Made by a program: the position numbers and the translations under genes
Shown: positions 54,414 to 62,962 of the stretch, piece by piece
Layout: every line of letters starts with the position of its first letter
How positions within the stretch are numbered: the stretch's first letter is position 1
The notes under the pieces: model-generated
What the model saw: the letters and a program-made list of their open reading frames with translations, nothing else
Database searches by the model: none
What the model was told of the DNA's origin: nothing
From: a virus
IMG/VR virus record: IMGVR_UViG_3300033233_000006
Span: 1 to 64,000 of that record
Strand: one strand, 5' to 3'
DNA length: 64,000 bases

Positions 54414-54891
54414 GTCGGAATGGCCCGAATGGAAGCGTGGCGATCGCGCCATCATCGGCGTCATGCGCACCAGACCGCCCGACGGCGTGAGGCGTAGTCC
54501 GAGCGAGACGGTCTACATCCGCGGGACGGTGACGAGCGTCGTGATCGACCTCGGGTGGGGCGGAGCGTGGCGCATCTTCATCCACACCGATGACGGGGAG
54601 ATCGAGAGCTGCTCCCCAGAGAACCTACGCCGGCCCGACGTGATCGAGCTGATCGGAGAGATCCCATGCACTCCAAGACACCGCCCTTCGAGATCGGCGA
54701 CCGCATCCGCCACGGAGAGCGAACCTACGCCCCGGCTAAGAAAGGGTGGCAGCGGGTCTACCCAGGCAGCGTCACCGCGTGCTACTGGAATGACGAAGAC
54801 TCGGACACCGGCTGGTGGGTTACGGCGAAGCTCGACGAAGGTCGAGAGGTCCACGGCACGGCGGGCGAGTTCGAGAAGGTCGTCGACGTGA
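54397..54891 (+). CDS. KOW/SH3-like protein with tag; ORF runs on into the next gene
   Basis: WKRGDRAII...PDVIELIGEIP; 3' extension doubtful. Confidence 0.6.
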   Translation: MRLPPESEWPEWKRGDRAIIGVMRTRPPDGVRRSPSETVYIRGTVTSVVIDLGWGGAWRIFIHTDDGEIESCSPENLRRPDVIELIGEIPCTPRHRPSRSATASATESEPTPRLRKGGSGSTQAASPRATGMTKTRTPAGGLRRSSTKVERSTARRASSRRSST

Positions 54892-54962
54892 TCGAGGCGT
54901 TGGCGGATCTCTACAAGGAGAAGCCGCTGCGTTTCCTGCCCCGAGGTAGAACGGAGACATGA
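54666..54962 (+). CDS. KOW/SH3-like protein with tag
   Basis: FEIGDRIRH...VDVIEALADLY. Confidence 0.8.
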   Translation: MHSKTPPFEIGDRIRHGERTYAPAKKGWQRVYPGSVTACYWNDEDSDTGWWVTAKLDEGREVHGTAGEFEKVVDVIEALADLYKEKPLRFLPRGRTET

Positions 54963-55303
54963 GCGGCGACCTGCCCAAGACGCTCCAAGACGGCCAGCAT
55001 CGCCCCGACCCCCAGGAGCGCGAGCTGGCCGAGAAGACGATCGAGCTGTCCGCGCTGGTGGACGACATCAAGCAGATGCGGGAACGGCTCATCCTCAAGT
55101 CGTCGGCGATCTTCAAGCGAATCCGATCGGGCGAGAAGCTCAAGGCGTCGGAGCGGCAGAAGGTCGAAAAGCTCGCCAAGCACTTCGGCAAGACGCCGTT
55201 CGGGCTCACTGAGGCAGTTCGAGCCGCCAAGGAGGCCGATCTCAGTCCGATGCTCCACGCCTGGATCGAGGCGACGGAAGCACGGGTAACTCGGGGGCTG
55301 TGA
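54959..55303 (+). CDS. Hypothetical coiled-coil protein
   Basis: GGTAGAAC 6 nt before ATG. Confidence 0.7.
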   Translation: MSGDLPKTLQDGQHRPDPQERELAEKTIELSALVDDIKQMRERLILKSSAIFKRIRSGEKLKASERQKVEKLAKHFGKTPFGLTEAVRAAKEADLSPMLHAWIEATEARVTRGL

Positions 55304-55306
55304 CCA

Positions 55307-55552
55307 ATGCGCGACGCCGATGGCCGCTACTACAAGGTGCTCGATCGCGTCGTGGTCGAGCCGGCGTGGCACGACGGCTCCAGCATCGGAACGACCCACC
55401 TGGTCGGGCGGCCTACGCGCGGCACGCTCATGGAGACGGAGGGGCCCTCTCGGTTCCGCATCCGACTCGACAACGGCCCGATCATCTACGCGATGCCGGA
55501 GTACGTCCGGCACCTCGACGCGATCGAGGCGGTTTCCGAGGCTGACCGATGA
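55307..55552 (+). CDS. KOW/SH3-like protein with tag
   Basis: YKVLDRVVV...LDAIEAVSEADR. Confidence 0.75.
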   Translation: MRDADGRYYKVLDRVVVEPAWHDGSSIGTTHLVGRPTRGTLMETEGPSRFRIRLDNGPIIYAMPEYVRHLDAIEAVSEADR

Positions 55553-55806
55553 GCGAGAAGCCACTGCCGTGCCCCTTCGCCGCTTATGCGCTGGTCAAGG
55601 TGCCCGAATGGGCACGTCCTCTGTACGTCGGGGTTGTCATGGGCACTGAGTCTCGACTCGCGCCCACACCGGCGGGGGCTCGCCCAGACGGCGCCTGGAC
55701 CTGGTTCATCACGATCGACTTCGGGAAGGGAAGAGGCGTTGGCGTTTTTGAGATGCGACACGTCAAACACGTCGACCCGATCTCGGCGCTGGCGCTCATC
55801 CGATGA
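55549..55806 (+). CDS. SH3-like protein with tag
   Basis: Ends VDPISALALIR. Confidence 0.7.
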   Translation: MSEKPLPCPFAAYALVKVPEWARPLYVGVVMGTESRLAPTPAGARPDGAWTWFITIDFGKGRGVGVFEMRHVKHVDPISALALIR

Positions 55807-56051
55807 GCGCCGAGGCGAAGGTCGGCGACTGCGTGCGCGTGGTGCGTCCGCACTCTGAGGGCGTGGACAAGTACATCGGCACGGTCGAGGACATCCGCAA
55901 GTACGGCCAATTCCTCCGTTACTACATCCGCCTTCGGAGCGGGAAGCTCCTCAATCTCGACTCGCGGGTCATCAAGCAGCTCGACATCGTGACGGGCTTG
56001 GCGATGCTCGACCCGGAGTTCCAGCCCGACTCGGAGAACGAGAAGCCGTGA
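55803..56051 (+). CDS. KOW/SH3-like protein with tag
   Basis: KVGDCVRV...LDIVTGLAMLD. Confidence 0.75.
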   Translation: MSAEAKVGDCVRVVRPHSEGVDKYIGTVEDIRKYGQFLRYYIRLRSGKLLNLDSRVIKQLDIVTGLAMLDPEFQPDSENEKP

Positions 56052-56281
56052 GCGGCTTCGAGCGCGGGCAGCGCGTGATCGTTCAGCCAGACAAGAACCT
56101 CGAAGTGGTGCGCGCTGAGGGAGTGGAGATCCGGCTCCCGGCGTTCGGTACCATCGCCCAAGAAGACCCGTGGGGTTATGCGATCGTCCTCGTAGACGGG
56201 CTCACCGAACCGAAGTCGTTCCCGGCCTGGCGCTGCACGCCGCGGAACGTCATCGACGAGATCGGGATGCTCGATAAGTAG
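56048..56281 (+). CDS. KOW/SH3-like protein with tag
   Basis: FERGQRVIV...NVIDEIGMLDK. Confidence 0.75.
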   Translation: MSGFERGQRVIVQPDKNLEVVRAEGVEIRLPAFGTIAQEDPWGYAIVLVDGLTEPKSFPAWRCTPRNVIDEIGMLDK

Positions 56282-56306
56282 CGCCACGGCCCGAACTTCG
56301 ACTCGA

Positions 56307-56342
56307 TGCAACTCCTCGCCGGTCGCGTGTCTCAGGGTAGAA
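56307..56342 (+). promoter_or_regulatory. TGCAAC-N14-GTGTC motif adjacent to a GGTAGAAC motif
   Basis: TGCAACTCCTCGCCGGTCGCGTGTCTCAGGGTAGAAC upstream of 56361. Confidence 0.75.
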
Positions 56343-56360
56343 CGAGGGCGAGGTGACGGC

Positions 56361-56780
56361 GTGGGCATATTCGAGAAGGCGACCAAGTCGAAGCTGACCA
56401 AGAACGGGCGCAAGCTGTCACTCACCTTCACGCAGCTCGTCGGACTGCGCGCGGCGATCCCACACGCGTTCGAGCTGGGCGGTCTCCAGCCGGAGATCGC
56501 TGCGCAGCTTGTTGCTCTTCGGGCGTGGCTCCCCAAGCCACCGATCCCGCACCCGACCACGGACGAAGGCACGATCACGGCGTGGCGAAGCGAGTGGCAA
56601 GGGACGCACCACCTCACGGTGCCGGGCGAGCACCTGACCGCGCTCGCGTTCGCGCTCAAGTTCGCCTTCTGGCTCGCCACGCAGGGGCTCATCGTCGGCC
56701 AGCCGATCGTCTACCAGCGTCGGATCGAGGCGATCGAGAAGCTCGGCGCCGTCGATCTTCTTGCGATCGCGGAGGGCTAG
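56361..56780 (+). CDS. Hypothetical protein with tag
   Basis: Ends LGAVDLLAIAEG. Confidence 0.7.
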   Translation: MGIFEKATKSKLTKNGRKLSLTFTQLVGLRAAIPHAFELGGLQPEIAAQLVALRAWLPKPPIPHPTTDEGTITAWRSEWQGTHHLTVPGEHLTALAFALKFAFWLATQGLIVGQPIVYQRRIEAIEKLGAVDLLAIAEG

Positions 56781-56782
56781 TC

Positions 56783-57157
56783 ATGTCTGTCGACTTCGTC
56801 TTCACGATCCCGTTGAGGTACCACGCCGAGGCGGTCGCGGTCTCCAAAGCCGCCGCCTTCGCGGAGGCGTCAGCCGCGGCGGACCGCGTCCTCAGCGCGA
56901 TCGAGCGCGGAACGAAGATCACCGCACTCTACCCGTCCCTTACGCCGCACGATGCGATCGAAGTCCGCGTGGGGCTCGACGACATCTCGGCGCTCAAGGC
57001 GATCCTCGATGCGAACCACTCGCACAGCTTTCCCGTCGTTTCTCCCGACACCGACGAGGTCCAGCTCGACTGGGAGGACTGGAGCTGGCACACGATGCAC
57101 TTGCTCTACTCGTTCGAGCGCGAGTCGGTCGTCGATCATCTCGGGAAGATCCAGTGA
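56783..57157 (+). CDS. Hypothetical protein with tag
   Basis: Ends ESVVDHLGKIQ. Confidence 0.7.
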   Translation: MSVDFVFTIPLRYHAEAVAVSKAAAFAEASAAADRVLSAIERGTKITALYPSLTPHDAIEVRVGLDDISALKAILDANHSHSFPVVSPDTDEVQLDWEDWSWHTMHLLYSFERESVVDHLGKIQ

Positions 57158-57537
57158 GCCTTCCCGCGTTTCAGCTCACGTCCCCCGCGCCGCGCGATCT
57201 CTACGAGGTGATGACCTGCGCCGAGCAGATCCTCTGGGACACCAGGAACGAGAAGATGCGACCCGACAGCAACCGCGAGTCGCTCCAGCGGATCGTTGCC
57301 GTGATCAAGACGGACCCCGACTACGGTCGTGGGTGCATCCCCAGCCGATCGCCTGTGCTCGAAATCGCGCACGAAGATGTCCGCACTCTGCGCTTCGTCT
57401 TCCTCGTCCTCCACACCGAGCTGGCGATCAAGGAGGAAGTGACCATCCGCTACGAGGAGTGGCTCGAAGTGACGATGGAGACCCTCGCCAAGATCGGCGA
57501 CACCTCGATCGTCGAGCACATCGGACGAATCCTGTGA
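57154..57537 (+). CDS. Hypothetical protein with tag
   Basis: MSLPAF...TSIVEHIGRIL. Confidence 0.7.
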   Translation: MSLPAFQLTSPAPRDLYEVMTCAEQILWDTRNEKMRPDSNRESLQRIVAVIKTDPDYGRGCIPSRSPVLEIAHEDVRTLRFVFLVLHTELAIKEEVTIRYEEWLEVTMETLAKIGDTSIVEHIGRIL

Positions 57538-57896
57538 GCCTACCCGCGTTCAAGTTCTACGTTCACGCCGGCATCTTCACAGGCTTCGTGGAGGGCCTTC
57601 GCGTTCACAGCCTGAAGACCAACGGCATGCCCGAACCGCCGTTCGTCTGCGATCGGCCCGCCATCAAGGCGATCGACGAGATGGCGGCGCTCAACGCCCA
57701 CCGGCTCCAGCTTCACTGGACGATTCCCTACGACCTGCTCGACGCTCTCATGGACGTGCTCGCGTGGTGGATGGCGAACACGAAAGCCGGCGCGTTGACC
57801 GACGCGGACGAGTTCGCGTTCGACCTCCTCGAATCGGCCCGGGAGTGGCGGCGTCGGTCGATCGTCGATCACATCAGCGAGATCCGGCATGAGTAA
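57534..57896 (+). CDS. Hypothetical protein with tag
   Basis: MSLPAF...RSIVDHISEIRHE. Confidence 0.7.
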   Translation: MSLPAFKFYVHAGIFTGFVEGLRVHSLKTNGMPEPPFVCDRPAIKAIDEMAALNAHRLQLHWTIPYDLLDALMDVLAWWMANTKAGALTDADEFAFDLLESAREWRRRSIVDHISEIRHE

Positions 57897-58290
57897 AGAC
57901 CGACTCGGACCCCCGGTTCGTGTCGAGATCGCAGCCGGCGAGTGGCAGGTCTTCATGCTCGGCCTCTCGTGGGCGATCCGTCGCAGCTACGTCGATCACG
58001 TTACGCTCGGCTACTCGGCGCTTGTCGAGGAGGCGCTTCTCGCGGCGAGCAAGAAGCGGCGGACGCGCGACAAGACGCCCGCCGTGCTCGAATTGCCGAG
58101 GTCGACGCTCGACTGGACTGGCGAGGCGCTCATCCGGGCCAGTCGCGACGCGAAGGCCAAGGTCAACTACTTCAATGGTCGCACGACTAAGGAACGGCGA
58201 GCGTTCATGCGGAACGCCGGGAAGACGATCGAGCGTCTCAAGGCGGAGAACAAGAAGACGGTCATCGACCTCATCGGAGACCTCGGGTAG
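57889..58290 (+). CDS. Hypothetical protein with tag
   Basis: Ends KTVIDLIGDLG. Confidence 0.7.
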   Translation: MSKDRLGPPVRVEIAAGEWQVFMLGLSWAIRRSYVDHVTLGYSALVEEALLAASKKRRTRDKTPAVLELPRSTLDWTGEALIRASRDAKAKVNYFNGRTTKERRAFMRNAGKTIERLKAENKKTVIDLIGDLG

Positions 58291-58308
58291 AACGGAGAGG
58301 GCTTATCC

Positions 58309-58677
58309 GTGTGGTATCCGAATCGAGATCCGAGCCGCGACCCAGACCTCGGCAAGCTCCACTACGGCGTGCTCGTCGACGAAGACTGGTCGTGGACGAC
58401 GCGCCAACCGCAGAAGGGCGAGCAGCGGCCTTACTCACGCGCGCTCAAGCGTGTGATCGGCAAGAACCCGGAGCTGCTCTCCAGTCTTTTCCGAGCGCTC
58501 GCTACCGGCGACGTGACGAGCATTCGTGTGGCCCAGGATGCGATCGCAGACGCCGTCCTGAGCAAGCGCTCAACGTGGTTCCGCAGCGACCGCGGAGCGC
58601 GTCAGAAGATCGACGCCCGGATTCGCGACCTCGCGCTCGCCGACCCGATGACCGTTCTGGCGACGCTCCACGAGTAG
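58309..58677 (+). CDS. Hypothetical protein with tag
   Basis: Ends ADPMTVLATLHE. Confidence 0.7.
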   Translation: MWYPNRDPSRDPDLGKLHYGVLVDEDWSWTTRQPQKGEQRPYSRALKRVIGKNPELLSSLFRALATGDVTSIRVAQDAIADAVLSKRSTWFRSDRGARQKIDARIRDLALADPMTVLATLHE

Positions 58678-58683
58678 GAAGGG

Positions 58684-59034
58684 GTGAGGGAGATGAGGAA
58701 CATCGGCACTGACAACATCGTCGAGTTCGTGCGCGGGATGCTCAATCGCCCGATGATGTACTGTCAGTCGACCGAGTCGCTGGAGATGGCGCTCCTCACC
58801 GCCATGACCTGCTGGGCCTACGCCAGCGGAGCTGACTCGGACGAACGCGTCAGGAATCTGTGGCGTCGCGAGATCCACCGACTCCATGGCAACACCGGCT
58901 CGCGCGCAGTAACGCTCTCCGATCTTCCCACTTGTGGCAAGGCGATGCACATGGACGCTGTGACCGTGCCGATGCGCCGCATCTGGCTCGCGCTCACGGA
59001 GCCGATCACTGCTATCGGAAACGTCGAGCTATGA
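58684..59034 (+). CDS. Hypothetical protein with tag-like end
   Basis: Ends TEPITAIGNVEL. Confidence 0.65.
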   Translation: MREMRNIGTDNIVEFVRGMLNRPMMYCQSTESLEMALLTAMTCWAYASGADSDERVRNLWRREIHRLHGNTGSRAVTLSDLPTCGKAMHMDAVTVPMRRIWLALTEPITAIGNVEL

Positions 59035-59209
59035 AGATCCTGCGGTGTATGGTCTGCCACCACGAGCACCCGCTCGAAGACGCGCCCGAGCGCTGCCTGT
59101 GCGGTGCTAAGCTCTACGGGAAGTGGGCTCGGGCTACCGAGCGCGTCATGGTGGCCGCGCGGGCTCGTGGCGCTGAAATCAGGTCTCAGATCAACGTGCG
59201 AGAGCAGAC

Positions 59210-59599
59210 ATGAGCGTCGACGCCGACTCCATCAAGCAGAAGTGGGGTGTGCTCGCCGGTTCGCTCGACTCGAACGCGGCGGCGCTCATGGAGAGATTCG
59301 TTCGTGGGGAGACGGAGCTGCTCGAACGGCTTGAGGCAAAGGGCTCCAAGATCCCGGCGTGGGTGATGGCGGCGCACAGGCCGATCAACCCACCGCACAC
59401 ACCGCTCATCTCGGTTCAACCCATGTCGGCGCCGGTCGGCGGCATCGCGTTCTACAGGCCGCGATACGGGTCGGAGCCCGAGTGCATCATCGACGCGCTC
59501 GCCACGCTCGACTCGAAGAAGCCGGTCGAGAACCCCTACAAGCGCAAGCGCAGAGGGGGCGAGATCGCGCCGGGTCGCGAGGGTATGAAGACGGTCTGA
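59210..59599 (+). CDS. Truncated major-capsid paralogue with tag
   Basis: ISVQPMSAPVGGIAFYRPRY vs MCP SSVQPMTGPIGGVAFYRPRY; then CIIDALATLD. Confidence 0.8.
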   Translation: MSVDADSIKQKWGVLAGSLDSNAAALMERFVRGETELLERLEAKGSKIPAWVMAAHRPINPPHTPLISVQPMSAPVGGIAFYRPRYGSEPECIIDALATLDSKKPVENPYKRKRRGGEIAPGREGMKTV

Positions 59600-59880
59600 T
59601 GGCGAAGTCTGGTCCGAGCCAGGAAGATGATGCTCGCCTCGCCGCCGAGCGGGAGAAGGTCGCCTGCCGCTACTGCGGCGGCAAGCCTATTCACTTCCCA
59701 CCGCCGGGACGCCCTCAATCGGATGCTGTCTGCGAGGACTGCTCGCATCGCGCGCCGTGGATGTCGGTCGTCGAATCCGTCGTCCAGTTGGCGCACCCGG
59801 AACCGAAGGCTGTCGACATCCGAGTCGACGGTGTCAAGTACCGGCCCACGACCGATTTCTCCAAGGAGAACTTCACTTGA
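59599..59880 (+). CDS. Zn-finger protein with tag-like motif
   Basis: CRYC...CEDC; SVVESVVQLA. Confidence 0.65.
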   Translation: MAKSGPSQEDDARLAAEREKVACRYCGGKPIHFPPPGRPQSDAVCEDCSHRAPWMSVVESVVQLAHPEPKAVDIRVDGVKYRPTTDFSKENFT

Positions 59881-60230
59881 CCCCGAACAGGCCGGCGTTC
59901 GCCGCGTGCATGGTCGCCTACACGGCGGTCGATGTGCTGGCGAACCTTCGGCTCAAGGTCTGGCTCGCCGATGGAAGCTGGATAGCGTTCGCGCAGGGCA
60001 TGTTCTTCTACGTCGGATGCGGCGCGCTGTGGGCGCTGAGCCTCAAGTTCGAGAGCTTCGCCAAAGCAGCGCTCGTCTACACGCTGATTGCCCTCGCGGC
60101 GGGCGTCATCCTCGGCGTATTCTTCTTCAAGGAGAAGCTGTCGACGTTGAACTGGGTGGGCGTGGGCGTCGCGCTCATCGCCATCATCCTCGTCGAGTGG
60201 CCCAGCAACCAGGGAGTGAACGAACAGTGA
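59877..60230 (+). CDS. Small 4-TM DMT/SMR/EamA-like membrane protein
   Basis: GVILGVFFFKEKLSTLNWVGVGVALIAIIL. Confidence 0.75.
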   Translation: MTPNRPAFAACMVAYTAVDVLANLRLKVWLADGSWIAFAQGMFFYVGCGALWALSLKFESFAKAALVYTLIALAAGVILGVFFFKEKLSTLNWVGVGVALIAIILVEWPSNQGVNEQ

Positions 60231-60508
60231 GCGAAGACAACGAGATGCCGAACGGCGAGATCCCCCACCGCACCGACGAGCGCGAGTGGCGCCCAGGAGA
60301 ACTTGCCGAGGTGAAGACGCGCGGCGCGGGTCCGGGCCAGCGCGTCAAGATCCTCTCGGCGTGGTGGGGCAAGGACACCGGTCACCGCGTCTGCAAGGTC
60401 ATCGACGAGTCGACCGGCAAGGAGTACGTCGTCTTCGGCGACGTGCTCAAGCCGCTCGATGCGGTCACGGCGGTCGGCGGCGCGGCTTCGACCACCCAGC
60501 AGCGGTGA
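60227..60508 (+). CDS. KOW/SH3-like protein with tag
   Basis: WRPGELAEV...LDAVTAVGGAA. Confidence 0.7.
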   Translation: MSEDNEMPNGEIPHRTDEREWRPGELAEVKTRGAGPGQRVKILSAWWGKDTGHRVCKVIDESTGKEYVVFGDVLKPLDAVTAVGGAASTTQQR

Positions 60509-60735
60509 ACCGGGTCTACGAGTTCGCGGTAGGAGAACGTGTCAGGTGGGAGTATCCGCCCGGCGAGTTCGGCGTGGTCACGAAGCTCGGCCCGCCGAAC
60601 GGCATCTTCGGGAACTACGGAGTCCTCGTGAAGTGGGACGACAGGAAAGACCCGGCGTGGCATGACGATCTCGACCTCGTTTCGGCACCAGTCGTCGACC
60701 TCCTCGCCTCCATCCATGCGCACCATCGGCACTGA
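60505..60735 (+). CDS. KOW/SH3-like protein with tag
   Basis: FAVGERVRW...PVVDLLASIH. Confidence 0.75.
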   Translation: MNRVYEFAVGERVRWEYPPGEFGVVTKLGPPNGIFGNYGVLVKWDDRKDPAWHDDLDLVSAPVVDLLASIHAHHRH

Positions 60736-61039
60736 TACCGCTCGCCGGTGCGCGCAGATGCGCATTGGCGGCGGTCGCCAGGTCGCCTGCAACAAGCCGG
60801 CGACCTGGCGCGTCGGCCTCGGGCTCCGCTCCTACAAGGACGGCCAAGAGCGGCTCTACATGATCGACGCAGCGGTGTGCTGTAACCGCTGCCGCGCGTC
60901 GGTCACCTTGAAGAACTTCGTCGACGACCGCATCTTCGCCTACGTCTCCCATCAGGCTATCGCAAGCGGGTGGCCGCCGCCCAAGCGGGGGCTCGTGCGG
61001 CTCGTGTTCGAGCACCTACGCCGCGGCTACACCACGTAG
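60716..61039 (+). CDS. Cys-containing hypothetical protein
   Basis: CNKPATW...CCNRC. Confidence 0.55.
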   Translation: MRTIGTDTARRCAQMRIGGGRQVACNKPATWRVGLGLRSYKDGQERLYMIDAAVCCNRCRASVTLKNFVDDRIFAYVSHQAIASGWPPPKRGLVRLVFEHLRRGYTT

Positions 61040-61094
61040 ACCAGCTACCGCGTTCGAGTCCGGGGTGCTAGGGTAGACGCCGAAGGAGACCTCG

Positions 61095-61421
61095 ATGTCC
61101 ACCACGATCACCATCAACGTCGGTGCGGTTGCCGATGCCGTCCAGCCGGTTCTCGACGCGCTCGACTCGATCCTCCAGTCGACGGTCGTGCCGCTCCAGA
61201 ACCAGCTCGCGTGCTCGAAGCAGCTCAACAGCCCGCTCACGCAGGTCATCTACACGTTCCCCGACTCGGTCCCGGCGGACCAGGTCTACAACTTCTACCG
61301 GCGCGTGAAGCTGGAGACCGGCATCCTCGGGACGAAGCTCACCGAGACGACGCCCGCCGGTATCCCGCAGGCCCTCTCGGCGGTCGTCTTCGAGGTCCCC
61401 GCCTACGGCCAGCCGGTCTAG
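61095..61421 (+). CDS. Hypothetical protein
   Basis: AAGGAG RBS. Confidence 0.7.
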   Translation: MSTTITINVGAVADAVQPVLDALDSILQSTVVPLQNQLACSKQLNSPLTQVIYTFPDSVPADQVYNFYRRVKLETGILGTKLTETTPAGIPQALSAVVFEVPAYGQPV

Positions 61422-61534
61422 TCGACACACTCCGACGCGCTCCTTGGTTTGATCGTCCAGCGCCGGGCCGTGGTGGGCTCGGCGCTGTTTTGCCGTCTGG
61501 CTTCTGCTACCTTATCCGCGAACTGGAGGGTTCG

Positions 61535-62023
61535 ATGGAGACGACGGCGGTGCTCGCACCCGGTCTTCTTCCGCATCAGCATCATCGCGCTGTCGGCACC
61601 GTCAAGAAGACGGAGGCCCACATCGCCCGCGTCAAGGCGGCCCACAGACGCGAAAGGACGAAGGCGTCGTCGCGGTCGCCCAAGTGGGCCTACTTCCGTA
61701 CGAAGCTCCTTGTCAAGCACCGGGCGGCTGGGAAGGGCTGTGAGGCGTGCGGCTCGAAGGTCGGACTTCAACTCCACCACATCGTGCCGTTCAACGTGAA
61801 TCCCAAGCGCGAGCTGGACCCGACGAACATCATCGTGCTCTGCGAGTTCGTGGGAGGGCTGGAGTGCCACGAGTTGCTCGGCCACGGCGACAACTGGAAG
61901 CGCTACAACCCGCGCATCCGCGAGGACGCGGCTGCGCTCATGGCCGACCCCAAGAAGCTCAGCGAGATCCGAGCCAGCGCAAGGAAGAATCGCGTCCTCA
62001 ACGCGCCCCCGCGCGCGAGCTAG
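61535..62023 (+). CDS. HNH endonuclease
   Basis: CEACG...LHHIVP...NIIVLC...CH. Confidence 0.85.
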   Translation: METTAVLAPGLLPHQHHRAVGTVKKTEAHIARVKAAHRRERTKASSRSPKWAYFRTKLLVKHRAAGKGCEACGSKVGLQLHHIVPFNVNPKRELDPTNIIVLCEFVGGLECHELLGHGDNWKRYNPRIREDAAALMADPKKLSEIRASARKNRVLNAPPRAS

Positions 62024-62088
62024 CCGAACACCGTCTTCCGGTAGGCCGGGGGCGGCTTGTGCGATAGGATGGGTCCGAGGAGCAGTCC

Positions 62089-62958
62089 ATGGCGCCGACT
62101 CCCGAACCCCCGAAGATCGGTCCGAACGGGCTTCCCATCCTCTCCGGGCAGGGCCCGGTGGTTACCGAGGACAAGCTTTGGCGCTACGTCATCCGCCAAC
62201 TTGGCGGCGGCGTCACCGACGTTGAGCTGCTTTCGCCCGGCGACAGGGACCCCTACACGAAGGGGACGATCGAGGAGGGCGAGTCGGATCGCGACGACTG
62301 CTTCATGCTCACGAAGGAGTGGTACGCCCACCGCGTCGGCTTCCCCAAGATCATCTCGGTCACGCTCGGCAACCGGCAGAGCGCCTACCTCATGCCGCCG
62401 GACTGCATCGAGGTGATCGACCTCTGGCTTCCGAGCTTCCAGCTGCCGAGCCTCGACGCCGACCAGTTCTCCTACACCTACTTCTCGCTCCTCTTCGGCC
62501 AATGGACGAATCCGAACGCCGCGCCGATGCCCTATTCGGATCTCGTGCAACGGCTCCAGTATCTCGCCACGATCGGACGCGTCTTCTCGTCCGACCGCGA
62601 CTGGGAGTACAACAACACGACGCGCATCTTGGAGATCCTTCCGCCGCCGTCGGCGATCGGGTCCTTCACAGGCTTCCCGTTCGGCTCCGACGTGCGCGCG
62701 CTCGTCACGATCTGGACGAACCACATCGACGTGCGACAGCTCGACCCGATGGAGCTTGGCTTCTTCAGGCGGAAGCTCGTTGCCAGGGCCCACTTCACGC
62801 TCGGCAACAAGCGCATGAAGTTCATGGAGACGGCGAGCGCCGGAGGAAACGTCCAGCTCAACGGCGAGAAGCTCATCGAGATCGCCGAGAAGGCCGAGGA
62901 ACAGCTGGAGAAAGACGTGATAAATTGGAAGCGAACAACGCCACTTATTTCGGGGTGA
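62089..62958 (+). CDS. T4 gp13-like neck/head-completion protein
   Basis: YVIRQLGGGVTDVEL at N-term; GGNVQLNGEKLIEIAEKAEEQLE at C-term. Confidence 0.7.
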   Translation: MAPTPEPPKIGPNGLPILSGQGPVVTEDKLWRYVIRQLGGGVTDVELLSPGDRDPYTKGTIEEGESDRDDCFMLTKEWYAHRVGFPKIISVTLGNRQSAYLMPPDCIEVIDLWLPSFQLPSLDADQFSYTYFSLLFGQWTNPNAAPMPYSDLVQRLQYLATIGRVFSSDRDWEYNNTTRILEILPPPSAIGSFTGFPFGSDVRALVTIWTNHIDVRQLDPMELGFFRRKLVARAHFTLGNKRMKFMETASAGGNVQLNGEKLIEIAEKAEEQLEKDVINWKRTTPLISG

Positions 62959-62962
62959 ATTG

